This document shows positions 1-9,402 of a stretch of 64,000 nt of DNA, one piece after another. The stretch's first letter is position 1. Each line of letters begins with the position of its first letter. The DNA is from Nitrospirota bacterium (GTDB lineage Bacteria; Nitrospirota; Nitrospiria; JACQBZ01), in assembly GCA_016200255.1 (NCBI GenBank), contig JACQFA010000095.1, forward strand, positions 112 through 64,111, given 5' to 3'. The position numbers were made by a program, and so were the translations under genes. The notes beneath the pieces were generated by a model. The model ran no database searches and was not told the origin of the DNA. It saw only the letters and a program-made list of their open reading frames with translations.

Positions 1-569
1 ATCTCGCCCAGCATCAAGGCCGTCATGGGCGTCTTGGGCGCCGGTTTCAGTATGATCGGATTACCTGATGCAATAGCCGGCGCGATTTTGTGGCCGACAA
101 GGTTCAACGGAAAATTAAACGGGGAAATCCCAAGAACCGGACCGATCGGGAAGCGGCGTATGATCCCGAAACGCGATTCCGAACCGGGCGCAAGATCCAA
201 CGGAATCAGATCGCCGCCGAGTCGCTTGGTTTCCTCGACCGCGGTCTGAAAATTCAGCATCGCGCGGCTCACCTCGGCCCGTGCATCCGTGATCGGCTTG
301 CCGGCCTCCAGGCAGATCATACGGGCCAGATCCTCACGCCGCGTTTTGACTCCGTCCGTGATCTTCTGGAGCGCTTCGGCCCGTCGATAAAGCGGCATCC
401 GACGCAGTTCCGGAAAAACGGTCTGGGCCGCGCGGATCGCCATCTCGATCTCCTCCGGCCCCGCCTGATGAACCTTTCCAATCTTCTCCCCGAGATACGG
501 GTTTGAAATCTCGACCGTACTTTGGGTTGCTTTCCAACTTCCAGCGAGAAAGACTTTATATTCGATCAT
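1..569 (-). CDS. Aldehyde dehydrogenase family protein (N-terminal part; runs off the window start)
   Basis: Not in the ORF track. Manual translation from ATG at 569 gives MIEYKVFLAGSWK...LEAGKPITDARAEV...GPVLGISPFNFPLNLVGHKIAPAIASGNPIILKPAPKTP, containing the ALDH PFNFP and LKP motifs. Confidence 0.93.
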   Translation of the reverse strand, partial: MIEYKVFLAGSWKATQSTVEISNPYLGEKIGKVHQAGPEEIEMAIRAAQTVFPELRRMPLYRRAEALQKITDGVKTRREDLARMICLEAGKPITDARAEVSRAMLNFQTAVEETKRLGGDLIPLDLAPGSESRFGIIRRFPIGPVLGISPFNFPLNLVGHKIAPAIASGNPIILKPAPKTPMTALMLGE

Positions 570-587
570 GATATCGCACCCCGAAAA

Positions 588-2222
588 TCATAACGGACAG
601 ACAAATCGATCCATCTGTTCCATGAAACGAAAATTTTCACGATAATCGACCGGTACCTCGATCACGGCCGGGACCTTCTGGGCAAATGCCTCTCGAAGCG
701 TGGGGATCAACTCGCTGGCCGCGCCGATACGGTAGCCCTTGGCCCCGTAGGATACGGCCAGCTGTTTGAAGTCCGGATTCCCAAGGCTCGTGGCGAACTC
801 CCGACCGAACTTTTTCTGCTGCTTCCATTTGATCAGACCGTAACCGTTGTCGTTGAAGATCAGCACGACGAACGCGAGACCGAGACGCCGGGCTGTCTCG
901 AGCTCCGCGCAGGCCATGAGAAAACCGCCGTCGCCGCAGACCGCCAGTACTTTCCGGTCGGGATTCACCAGTTTGGCCGCGATCGCACCGGGCAGCGCGA
1001 TCCCCATTGCGGCGAAACCGTTCGAGATGATCACCGTATTCGGAACCGAGGCGCGGAACATCCGCGCAATCCAGATCTTGTGTGCGCCCACATCGCTGAT
1101 CAGTATATCCTCTTTGCCCAGGACCTGACGGACGTCGTGGATAATCCGCTGAGGCTTCAACGGGAAACCCTCGTCCGTCGCGCCCTCTCCAAGCTCTTTG
1201 AGGATCGAAGCCCGAAGGCTTTTCGGATAACTCACATCCTTCTTTCCATGAACCTCCAAGGTCAGAAGTTCCAGTGTCTCACGAACATCCGCCACGATCT
1301 CGACCGAGGGCTGATAGTAGGCGTCCACCTCGCTCGGCGTGAAGTCGATATGGATGATCGGCTTCTTCCCGTCGGGATTCCAGTGCCGCGGCGAATATTC
1401 AACCAGGTCATACCCCACCGCGATCACCAGGTCGGCCCGCTCAAAACCGCACGTGACATAGTCCCGGGACTGAAGACCGATCGAAAGCAGCGCCAGATCG
1501 TAATCCCACGGAACGATCCCCTTGCCCATGAAGGTGTTCGCCACCGGAATCCCGGTTTTCTGTGAAAAAGCCAAAAGTTCCTTGGCCGCCTTTCCGCGCA
1601 CCGCGCCGTTCCCGGCCAGGATCAACGGCTGCCGGGATTTCTCGATGAGCTCGGCGGCCGTCTTCAAGGACTGATGATCGGGCGAGGGCCGCCGGGCACG
1701 TACGGTCGAAAGCGGCTCCTGACCGATCTCGATCGTCATCACGTCTTCCGGAAGCTCGATGTGGCAGGCGCCCGGTTTCTCGGCCTGGGCCGTCTTAAAT
1801 GCCTTTCGCACGACTTCGGGAATGATCGAGGCCCGCTCGACGCGTGAATTCCATTTTGTGAGCGGCTCGAAACAATGCAGTATGTCGACGTACTGGTGCG
1901 ACTCTTTGTGAACCCGTTCAAGTCCGGCCTGGGCCGTGATCGCGACCAGCGGCGCATGGTCCAGGTTGGCATCCGCGATCCCGGTCGCAAGGTTCGTCGC
2001 GCCGGGTCCGAGCGTCGAAAGGCAGACGCCGGCCCGGCCGGTCAGCCGGCCGTAGACGTCCGCCATGAAGGCCGCGGCCTGCTCATGGCGCGTCGAGATA
2101 AAGGTGATCGAAGAGGATTGAAGAGAGTTGAGAAGGTCGAGGTTCTCCTCGCCGGGAAGGCCGAAGATATATTTCACCCCTTCCTGTTCAAGGCATTTTA
2201 CAAAAAGGTCGGAGGCTTTCAT
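588..2222 (-). CDS. ThDP-dependent acetolactate synthase-like enzyme (candidate 2-oxoglutarate decarboxylase)
   Basis: GLPGEENL, RHEQAAAFMA, TLGPGATN and GDGGF...NDNGYG ThDP motifs. No ilvN/ilvH small subunit adjacent. Confidence 0.9.
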   Translation of the reverse strand: MKASDLFVKCLEQEGVKYIFGLPGEENLDLLNSLQSSSITFISTRHEQAAAFMADVYGRLTGRAGVCLSTLGPGATNLATGIADANLDHAPLVAITAQAGLERVHKESHQYVDILHCFEPLTKWNSRVERASIIPEVVRKAFKTAQAEKPGACHIELPEDVMTIEIGQEPLSTVRARRPSPDHQSLKTAAELIEKSRQPLILAGNGAVRGKAAKELLAFSQKTGIPVANTFMGKGIVPWDYDLALLSIGLQSRDYVTCGFERADLVIAVGYDLVEYSPRHWNPDGKKPIIHIDFTPSEVDAYYQPSVEIVADVRETLELLTLEVHGKKDVSYPKSLRASILKELGEGATDEGFPLKPQRIIHDVRQVLGKEDILISDVGAHKIWIARMFRASVPNTVIISNGFAAMGIALPGAIAAKLVNPDRKVLAVCGDGGFLMACAELETARRLGLAFVVLIFNDNGYGLIKWKQQKKFGREFATSLGNPDFKQLAVSYGAKGYRIGAASELIPTLREAFAQKVPAVIEVPVDYRENFRFMEQMDRFVCPL

Positions 2223-2232
2223 GGCGGCCTTC

Positions 2233-3651
2233 CTATTTAGACTTTTTCTTCTTCGACCCGGCGTGGGGCTCGGTCATGCTCCAGGGATCCAGCAGCTCGG
2301 ACAACCGTTGCTCCGGTAGAACCTTCCGGGCCCTCGCGACGTCGCGTACGGTTTTCCCGGTCTTGAAGGCCTCTTTGGCGATTTTGGCCGCGGCGTCGTA
2401 TCCGATCTCGGGCGCAAGCGCGGTGCACATCGCGAGGCTCTGCTCGATCATCGCCTGATTGCGGGCCTCATCGGCCTGGATGCCCTGGATGCAGCGGGTC
2501 GTGAAGTTTTCGGCCGACCGCGCCAGAAGTTCTATGGACTGGAGAAGATTGTAGGCCATCACTGGCATCATGACGTTGAGTTCAAAATTTCCGGCCTGGC
2601 CGCCTATCGTAACGGCAAGATCGTTCCCGATCACTTGGGCCGCGACCATCAAAACCGACTCGGCGATCACCGGATTGACTTTTCCCGGCATGATGGACGA
2701 ACCAGGCTGCGTATCCGGCAGCATGATCTCGGCGATGCCGCATCGCGGGCCCGAGCCGAGCCAGCGTATGTCGTTCGCAATTTTCGTCAAACTCACCGCG
2801 ACGGTCTTGAGCGCGCCGCTCGTCTCGACCACGGCGTCCTTCGCGGCCTGGGCTTCGAAATGGTTCTCGGCCTCGTGGAACGCACAGCCCGTTTCGCGGC
2901 TCAAGATCTTGATCACCTGTTTTGCAAACTCCGGATGGGTATTGATCCCCGTCCCGACTGCCGTTCCACCCAGCGCCAGTTCGGAGAGGTTCTCACGAAC
3001 AGATTGGACCCGTCGCACCGCAAGCGCGATCTGTCGCGCATAGCCCGAGAATTCCTGGCCCAGCCGTATCGGCGTGGCATCGGCCAGATGCGTACGGCCG
3101 ATCTTGACGATGGGATCGAACTCGTTCGCCTTGGCCGCAAGCGCTTTTTGTAATTTAGTCAGAGCCGGGATGAGATCCTTCTCGATCAATTCGAGCGCCG
3201 CGACATGGATCACGGTCGGGATCGCATCGTTGGAGGACTGGCCGAGATTGATGTGGTCGTTGGGATGGATCAACTTACCTCCAAGAGGCTCACCGAGAAG
3301 CTCCGCCGCGCGGTTGGCAATCACTTCGTTCGCATTCATGTTGGTCGAGGTTCCGGAGCCGGTCTGGAAGATGTCCACCACGAATTCGCGGTCAAATTTT
3401 CCGTCCACCACCTCGCGCGCCGCCTGGACGATCGCCTTGGACTTATTCTTATCCAGCAGACCCAGCTCTTCGTTCACCTGCGCCGCGGCCCACTTGATCA
3501 GGCCGAGGGCGCGGATGAAGGACCGGGAAAATCGAAGGTCGCTGATCGGAAAGTTTTCAACCGCTCGGAGCGTCTGGATGCCGTAATAAGCCTCGGCCGG
3601 GACGTCCTTCTCGCCCATCGTGTCGCGTTCAAGTCTCATCTTCGGTTTCAC
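2233..3651 (-). CDS. fumC: Class II fumarate hydratase
   Basis: GSGTSTNMNANEV, GRTHLADATP and the signature GSSIMPGKVNP. Probable GTG start at 3651 behind an AAGGAG RBS (ORF track starts at 3720). Confidence 0.95.
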   Translation of the reverse strand: MKPKMRLERDTMGEKDVPAEAYYGIQTLRAVENFPISDLRFSRSFIRALGLIKWAAAQVNEELGLLDKNKSKAIVQAAREVVDGKFDREFVVDIFQTGSGTSTNMNANEVIANRAAELLGEPLGGKLIHPNDHINLGQSSNDAIPTVIHVAALELIEKDLIPALTKLQKALAAKANEFDPIVKIGRTHLADATPIRLGQEFSGYARQIALAVRRVQSVRENLSELALGGTAVGTGINTHPEFAKQVIKILSRETGCAFHEAENHFEAQAAKDAVVETSGALKTVAVSLTKIANDIRWLGSGPRCGIAEIMLPDTQPGSSIMPGKVNPVIAESVLMVAAQVIGNDLAVTIGGQAGNFELNVMMPVMAYNLLQSIELLARSAENFTTRCIQGIQADEARNQAMIEQSLAMCTALAPEIGYDAAAKIAKEAFKTGKTVRDVARARKVLPEQRLSELLDPWSMTEPHAGSKKKKSK

Positions 3652-3724
3652 GAGGCTCTCCTTGATCGGGTTTATATTAAAGGTGGGATGATTGTACTTC
3701 AAGAAGTGGTTGGAACTCAACTCA

Positions 3725-3766
3725 GAAATAAAAACCCCCGATGCAGGTTTGGCTGCACCGGGGGTC
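3725..3766 (-). terminator. Rho-independent terminator
   Basis: Minus strand reads ACCCCCGGTGCAG-ccaaac-CTGCATCGGGGGT followed by TTTTATTTCT, just downstream of the small gene at 3791-3997. Confidence 0.75.
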
Positions 3767-3790
3767 TTAATGCCGAGTTAAGGCCGTGTA

Positions 3791-3997
3791 TTAGACGTTG
3801 ACCGTGACGGTCTTGATCGCCGACTTGACTTTGGCCGCCATGTCCGGGGGCATGGAGGTCATCTTGTGCACGATCTTCCCGTGCTCGCCCGCGATTCGCA
3901 TGACTTCGGCTTCCGTTTCAGCCCTCACCTCAAAAGCGCAGCCCATCTTCGGTTCAACATCCATGCAGCCTAACTTCTTGTACTATTTACTTGGCAT
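3791..3997 (-). pseudogene. DUF1059-like small metal-binding protein with an in-frame TAG at codon 5
   Basis: GGAGG RBS, then ATG CCA AGT AAA TAG TAC... giving MPSK*YKKLGCMDVEPKMGCAFEVRAETEAEVMRIAGEHGKIVHKMTSMPPDMAAKVKSAIKTVTVNV. The C-x-D...C-x-F...H-x4-H pattern matches DUF1059. Confidence 0.7.
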
Positions 3998-4032
3998 GGC
4001 ATCCTCCATTTGGTTAGATTATTTAATGCAGA

Positions 4033-4632
4033 TTACTTCATCTTGTTCGGATTCTGATAGATCATCAAATGGGCGTACGGCGTGCCCTCGAACATGATAT
4101 AGGTGCCCATTTTGTTCGGCATGGATGCCATTCCAATCGTCTTTGAGTCAAAAGGCCAGAAAACCATCCAGTGCGGCGGTTCTTTCACGGCCTTGGCACC
4201 CGGCTCGCTCTTCATTAAAATTTTCCCGTCTTTTTCAAAATGCCATCCGCCCTGGGCCATGTAAGAGATCCCGGGAACGGTATTGGTCGGTTTGGGCGCG
4301 CTGCTCATCAGATCACCCACCCATTGCATGGAAGCCGCATCGGCACAGATCGGATCCGGCTTGGCCTGCCCGTCGATATCCGGAATACAGGTGAAACCGT
4401 TCGTGCCCTTTTTGGCTTCCATTAACTTGCCGTCCGGCCCTGGAACCATGATCGTCGCGTCTTTTGCGATATCGGCCGGACCGCCGCTCTCGGCCAGCTT
4501 GACCAAGTCGTCCTTCGACATGCTCTTGATCGGGCTTCCGCCCTTCATCTTTTGCTTCTCTGCCGCCATCGACAGGGACGTAATCGTTATCGTCAACACA
4601 ATGGCAAAAAGAAAATGTAAAATCTGTTTCAT
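4033..4632 (-). CDS. Exported hypothetical protein
   Basis: Signal peptide MKQILHFLFAIVLTITITSLSMA behind a GGGGAGG RBS. Conserved-looking GTNGFTC..DPICAD, PPHWM and PYAHLMI segments; Met/His-rich. Confidence 0.75.
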   Translation of the reverse strand: MKQILHFLFAIVLTITITSLSMAAEKQKMKGGSPIKSMSKDDLVKLAESGGPADIAKDATIMVPGPDGKLMEAKKGTNGFTCIPDIDGQAKPDPICADAASMQWVGDLMSSAPKPTNTVPGISYMAQGGWHFEKDGKILMKSEPGAKAVKEPPHWMVFWPFDSKTIGMASMPNKMGTYIMFEGTPYAHLMIYQNPNKMK

Positions 4633-4802
4633 CGGCGCCTCCCCCATGTTGTTGGATTGTGATATAAGAACCGGACGAAATCCGGAGTTTCTACATATAA
4701 TCTTCTTAAATGGGTTTGTCAAGTGCCCCAAATTCCTTTGACAGTCTCGATGACAAATGGTATATCAGATTGAACTATCGATACGAAAGGAACGAACCGG
4801 CC

Positions 4803-5543
4803 GTGAAAGCAAGACCGCTCATCATCGCCCACCGCGGCGCGTCCGGCCATGCGCCCGAAAATACGATGGCTGCGTTTCGTCTGGCGGTCGAGATGGGCGC
4901 GGACTGGATCGAGCTGGACATTCATCAAACCGCCGACGGCCATCTGGTCGTCCTCCATGATTTCACATTGGAGCGAACGGCGGGCGATCGCCGTCCAATC
5001 CAAACCCTTACTCTAAAACAGATCAAAAAATTCGATGTCGGACTGTGGTGGGACAAAGCCTATCGGGGCGCGCGTGTGCCCACATTGGATGACGTGCTGA
5101 CGTTTGCCCGGAATCGCATCCGGGTCCAGATCGAACTCAAGCGCGGCTCGTCACTTTACCCCGGAATCGAAGTTCGGCTGATCGAGACGATCACACGTCA
5201 CGAAGCCGAACGCTGGACGGCCGTCTCATCGTTTGAGATCGAGGGCTTGAAAACTCTCCGTCGTTTGGATGATAAAATGTCACTCGGTCTCCTGACCCGT
5301 AAGACAAGACCCCGGGAGGTATTGGAAGAAGCCGTATCGTTAAAAGTCCAGTCCATCCATATTTCAACTCGGCGGCTCTCGAAAACCCTCCTGACGCAGG
5401 CCCATTCAGTCGGCCTTCCGGTCTATGCTTATACCGTCAACCGGCCGTCTTTGATGAGCCGTTATCTTACCATGGGAGCGGACGGCCTCTTCACCAACTA
5501 TCCCGATCGGCTCCATCATCTCATGAACAGGCATCCCTCATAA
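4803..5543 (+). CDS. Glycerophosphodiester phosphodiesterase (GDPD family)
   Basis: IIAHRGAS..APENT, IELDI, HDFTL, ELK and YTVN..FTNYP motifs. Probable GTG start at 4803. Confidence 0.92.
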   Translation: MKARPLIIAHRGASGHAPENTMAAFRLAVEMGADWIELDIHQTADGHLVVLHDFTLERTAGDRRPIQTLTLKQIKKFDVGLWWDKAYRGARVPTLDDVLTFARNRIRVQIELKRGSSLYPGIEVRLIETITRHEAERWTAVSSFEIEGLKTLRRLDDKMSLGLLTRKTRPREVLEEAVSLKVQSIHISTRRLSKTLLTQAHSVGLPVYAYTVNRPSLMSRYLTMGADGLFTNYPDRLHHLMNRHPS

Positions 5544-5550
5544 ATACCCC

Positions 5551-5580
5551 TTGATGCTGCGATCGGCGACATGTTACTAT
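5551..5580 (+). promoter_or_regulatory. Putative sigma70 promoter
   Basis: TTGATG-N18-TACTAT with an extended -10 TG, about 50 nt upstream of the ATP-grasp gene. Confidence 0.4.
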
Positions 5581-5629
5581 TTAACCATACTGGAATCATA
5601 CTCTGGCCTGTATAAGCGAGGATGGAACA

Positions 5630-7138
5630 TTGTCGCGTCAAACGCCATCACAGTCTACCGGCCTCACGACGAACGAAACGCCCAATTTAGAAGAAATCCG
5701 AAGCCGTAGCGCTGAACTGCACAAACGGCTGATCCGGGATGGCTTCTATCAAGCGCAAAGGGCTCAACCGGACGTTCAACCCGCCGCGTCCGAAGCCGAA
5801 ACAACCACGCTTACTTGGCGGATTTCGCCCGAGCCGTTTTGGATCACGGCTGAAGAACTCCGGGCCATTGAAGAACTCGGCTCCCACCTTCTCTCTTTTT
5901 ATACGGCCTTAAACCGCCTCTATTTTGCGAGCGTCCGCGGATCGCAGCCCCCGTGGGTCAGTCGTTACCTCGATCTTGGAAAACCGGAAACCCAGGTTGA
6001 ATACGGCCGGATGAACCGGTTCAAGCAGCACCTTCCCGGAATCATCCGGCCGGATCTGATCCTCACCGACAACGGATGGATCGCGACCGAACTGGATTCC
6101 GTTCCCGGAGGAATCGGACTGACCGGAAGCCTGTCGCGCCACTACTCCGAAATGGGCCACCCCATCATCGGCGGACCGAACGGAATGATCGACGGCTTTG
6201 CGAGGATGATACGGTCCGTTTCCGGCTCGCCCAACCCAAACCTCGCGATCATCGTTTCGGAGGAATCCAAGGACTATCGTCCCGAGATGCGGTGGCTGGG
6301 GCAACAACTCAACGCAATGGGTCTCAAGACCTTCATGATCAAGCCGGAGGAAACCCGATTCACGGAAGACGGACTGACCGTCATGGACCGGACCACCGCC
6401 GTTCCGATCGACACGGTCTATCGTTTCTTTGAACTTTTTGATCTTAAGAACATCCCCAAGTCGGAATTGATCCTCTACAGCGCCAGGAAGGAAAAGGTCA
6501 AGATCACCCCGCCCGCGAAAACCTACCTTGAAGAGAAGATGGCCTTCGCACTGTTTCATCACCCGGCGCTTCGAGCCTTCTGGCTGGAAGCCCTGGGCGA
6601 AAAAACCGATGCGGCGCTGATGCGGATCCTTCCCAAAACCTGGGTGCTGGATCCCCGGGACGTCCCGCCGCATGCCGTCATTCCCGGCCTCATGATACGT
6701 GAACGGCCCGTGAGCCGGTGGCAGGAGTTGACCTCCCTCACACAAAAAGAACGACGGTTTGTGATCAAGCCTTCCGGTTTTTCGGAACAGGCCTGGGGCA
6801 GCCGCGGCGTCGTTGTAGGGCATGACCTCCCCGAAAAGGAATGGGCGCAGGCGCTGAACGACGCGCAGGGCCGATTCGCCCGGTCCCCATCCATATTGCA
6901 GGAGTTTCACGGCGGGAGAAAAGTTTCGGTCTGGTATGACGATCCGGCCGAGCCGCAGCCGAAGCTCATGTCCGGCCGCGTCCGTCTGTCGCCCTATTAT
7001 TTCACGGCCGACGGCAAAGCCGAACTGGGCGGCATCCTGGCCACGATCTGCCCTCTGGACAAGAAATTGATCCACGGCATGACCGATGCCGTGATGGCAC
7101 CTTGTGCCGTAAAAAATAATCAAAGGAGCAAGAACTAA
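5630..7138 (+). CDS. Circularly permuted ATP-grasp / glutathionylspermidine synthase-like amide ligase
   Basis: RPDLIL...TELDSVPGG, VIKPSG..WGSRGV, LQEF and RLSPYYF motifs. Its stop overlaps the kamA ATG (TAATG). Confidence 0.7.
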   Translation: MSRQTPSQSTGLTTNETPNLEEIRSRSAELHKRLIRDGFYQAQRAQPDVQPAASEAETTTLTWRISPEPFWITAEELRAIEELGSHLLSFYTALNRLYFASVRGSQPPWVSRYLDLGKPETQVEYGRMNRFKQHLPGIIRPDLILTDNGWIATELDSVPGGIGLTGSLSRHYSEMGHPIIGGPNGMIDGFARMIRSVSGSPNPNLAIIVSEESKDYRPEMRWLGQQLNAMGLKTFMIKPEETRFTEDGLTVMDRTTAVPIDTVYRFFELFDLKNIPKSELILYSARKEKVKITPPAKTYLEEKMAFALFHHPALRAFWLEALGEKTDAALMRILPKTWVLDPRDVPPHAVIPGLMIRERPVSRWQELTSLTQKERRFVIKPSGFSEQAWGSRGVVVGHDLPEKEWAQALNDAQGRFARSPSILQEFHGGRKVSVWYDDPAEPQPKLMSGRVRLSPYYFTADGKAELGGILATICPLDKKLIHGMTDAVMAPCAVKNNQRSKN

Positions 7139-8253
7139 TGGAAAAGTGGCAACGAGAGCTGCAGGCCAGCATCACGAAACCGGAGGATCTGGCCCGTGAA
7201 CTCGGAATCGATCCGGAGGCGGTCCGGTCGGTGATGAAGGACTACCGCGTTCGAATCACCCCCCAGATGCTCAAACTGATCCAGGAAAAAGGGGATGCGA
7301 TCTGGAAACAGGTCGTCCCGGAAGCGGTCGAGGGGGATGATCTTCTGGCCGCGGCCGATCCGCTGAATGAAGACGGCGACAGCCCTGTTCCGCATCTGGT
7401 CCACCGTTACCCGGACCGCGTTCTTCTGATGGTCACAAACCAATGTCCGATCTACTGCCGGTTCTGCACGCGCAAGCGGCTCGTCGGCAAGCCGGGCTTC
7501 ATCTCGAAGGGCGACCTCGATCTGGCGGTGGACTACATCAAAAACCATCCCGAGATCCGGGACGTCATTCTTTCCGGGGGCGATCCGCTTCTGTTGACGG
7601 ATGATCACCTCGAAGGGGTGCTGAAAGCGCTCCGGGCCATTCCCCACCTTGAAATCATCCGCATCGGAAGCCGCGTTCCGGGCAGTCTCCCGTCCCGGAT
7701 CACCGAATCCCTCTGCGCCATGGTAAAAAAATATCATCCGGTCTATATGAACCTGCATTTCAACCACCCGGATGAGATCACGCCCGAGGTCAAAGCGGCC
7801 TGCGAACGGCTGGCGGATGCCGGCATCCCGCTCGGCAGCCAGACGGTATTGTTGAAAGGTGTGAACGACGATCCCGAAGTCATGAAGCGGTTGATGCAGA
7901 AACTTCTGACCTGCCGCGTGAAACCCTACTATCTTTATCAGGCCGATCTCACGCAGGGCACAAATCATTTCCGGACAACAGTAGAAGAGGGACTCGCGAT
8001 CATCAAGGCGATCCAGGGCCACACCTCCGGGATGGCCGTGCCGCATTACGTCATTGACGCGCCGGGGGGCGGCGGCAAGATTCCGCTTCTTCCGGCCGAT
8101 TATCTGGTCGATCTGAATTCCCGTGAGGCGGTTTTGAAAAATTATGAAAACCGGATCTTCCGCTACCCGCAGGCCGAGCCGGAAAAGGTTTCAACCACCG
8201 GACAGAGTTCGAGCGGACCGTTCAAGATACTCAACAACGGCCGCGATCAGTGA
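7138..8253 (+). CDS. kamA: KamA-family radical SAM lysine 2,3-aminomutase
   Basis: HRYPDRVL, CPIYCRFC, LSGGDPL, HFNHP and YVIDAPGGGGKIP (PLP lysine). Confidence 0.92.
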   Translation: MEKWQRELQASITKPEDLARELGIDPEAVRSVMKDYRVRITPQMLKLIQEKGDAIWKQVVPEAVEGDDLLAAADPLNEDGDSPVPHLVHRYPDRVLLMVTNQCPIYCRFCTRKRLVGKPGFISKGDLDLAVDYIKNHPEIRDVILSGGDPLLLTDDHLEGVLKALRAIPHLEIIRIGSRVPGSLPSRITESLCAMVKKYHPVYMNLHFNHPDEITPEVKAACERLADAGIPLGSQTVLLKGVNDDPEVMKRLMQKLLTCRVKPYYLYQADLTQGTNHFRTTVEEGLAIIKAIQGHTSGMAVPHYVIDAPGGGGKIPLLPADYLVDLNSREAVLKNYENRIFRYPQAEPEKVSTTGQSSSGPFKILNNGRDQ

Positions 8254-8283
8254 CGAAAAGGAACGACGCCGGAAACGGGCGGC

Positions 8284-8871
8284 CTAACCGCCCGATTTAA
8301 AAACCTGCTCATAGAGCAGCCGGGCCAGCAGGCGATAGCCTTCCGTCGTCAGGTGCAGCCCGTCGTTAGAGTATTCCTCGGCCAATCGAAGCGTCTCCGG
8401 TTCGGCCGTGGCCGTAAATAGATCCACGAAGGGCTGGGGTAAGGTTTTGCAGTAGTCAAGGATCAGCCGGCCTAATACCCGACGCGGCGGGATCAGGCTG
8501 TCGGCCCCCCGAATCGAGGGAATCGTGACGGCGACGGGTTGGATGCCCGCGGCCCGTGCGCGCTCGTACATTGCGATCAGGTTCGTCATGATTTCCTGCG
8601 GCTGGGCTCCCCATCCCACGTCATTGGCCCCTCCTAAGATGACGATATAATCCGGCCGCAGCGAGATCCCATCTCTTCCCATGCGCATCACCATCTCACA
8701 GGTCAATTCACCATTGACGCCGCGGACCAGAACTTCGGCCGAATCCCCCAATAATTCTTGGAGAAACCGGCCGTACGGCGTGGACGCCCCGCGAGGGTTC
8801 TCCACCGTCGGCGATTGAAACCCGACCGTCAAACTGTCACCGAATGTGATGATGCGAAGCGGTTTGGCCAT
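8284..8871 (-). CDS. SGNH/GDSL hydrolase
   Basis: FGDSLT, GVNG, GGAND and DGLH blocks. Confidence 0.9.
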   Translation of the reverse strand: MAKPLRIITFGDSLTVGFQSPTVENPRGASTPYGRFLQELLGDSAEVLVRGVNGELTCEMVMRMGRDGISLRPDYIVILGGANDVGWGAQPQEIMTNLIAMYERARAAGIQPVAVTIPSIRGADSLIPPRRVLGRLILDYCKTLPQPFVDLFTATAEPETLRLAEEYSNDGLHLTTEGYRLLARLLYEQVFKSGG

Positions 8872-8949
8872 GGTTGCATTCCACGTATCTGATGCGTTAA
8901 ACTGACGGCATTATAAACGTTCTCATGTCCGGCAACAAGGAGTCTTCCC

Positions 8950-9402
8950 ATGATGATTAAAGCTCTCGATCTCACCCGTCAGTTTCCACGAAGCCCCAGG
9001 GAAAAGTTCGGCGGGTATGTTCATCTCGCCCGCATGCTTGACAAGGCCCGGGCGAAGGCCGCAGGCACCGTGGGAGAATACATCTATCCCTGCCCGCTCG
9101 ATCAGGCGCTTCTTGAATTCACAAACATCGGCCCGGACGCCTTCTACAAGGAAGCGCAGGCAAGAGACGACAGGGAATTTCTTGCATGGTTTGAAAAAAA
9201 CGCGAAACCCAAAAGCTCGACGGATATCGAGGACTGGAATAAAACGTTTTTGAACCGGAAGCCCCGAAATGAAGACAGCCTGCGACGTTTCATCGATATC
9301 CGCACCCGCCTGGCCCCCCACCGAACCGATATCACGTGCTGGCCGGATCTGCTGGATCTGGAGGAAGGCCGCGAGGTGCCAGTACGGACGATAGGCGGAT
9401 AA
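8950..9402 (+). CDS. DUF5069-like protein
   Basis: DL..QFPRSPRE..GGYVHLARMLDKARA..AGTVGEYIY.CPLD and C-terminal DLLDLEEGR pattern. Confidence 0.75.
   Translation: MMIKALDLTRQFPRSPREKFGGYVHLARMLDKARAKAAGTVGEYIYPCPLDQALLEFTNIGPDAFYKEAQARDDREFLAWFEKNAKPKSSTDIEDWNKTFLNRKPRNEDSLRRFIDIRTRLAPHRTDITCWPDLLDLEEGREVPVRTIGG

Noticed and set aside
4690-4770. Divergent TTGACA-containing sigma70 promoters between the exported protein and GDPD genes
   Set aside because: The -35 boxes are perfect, but the -10 candidates (TATATG, TATATC) lack the conserved final T, so support was too weak to list them.
3791-8253. Pyrrolysine system (in-frame TAG plus a lysine radical-SAM mutase nearby)
   Set aside because: The enzyme is PLP-dependent KamA, not PylB. 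No pylS/T/C/D is visible, and TAG is used as an ordinary stop elsewhere (for example rbr).
7138-8253. EF-P beta-lysylation gene epmB
   Set aside because: No efp or epmA is adjacent, and the DAPGGGGK motif is KamA-type. An EF-P role cannot be excluded but is unsupported here.
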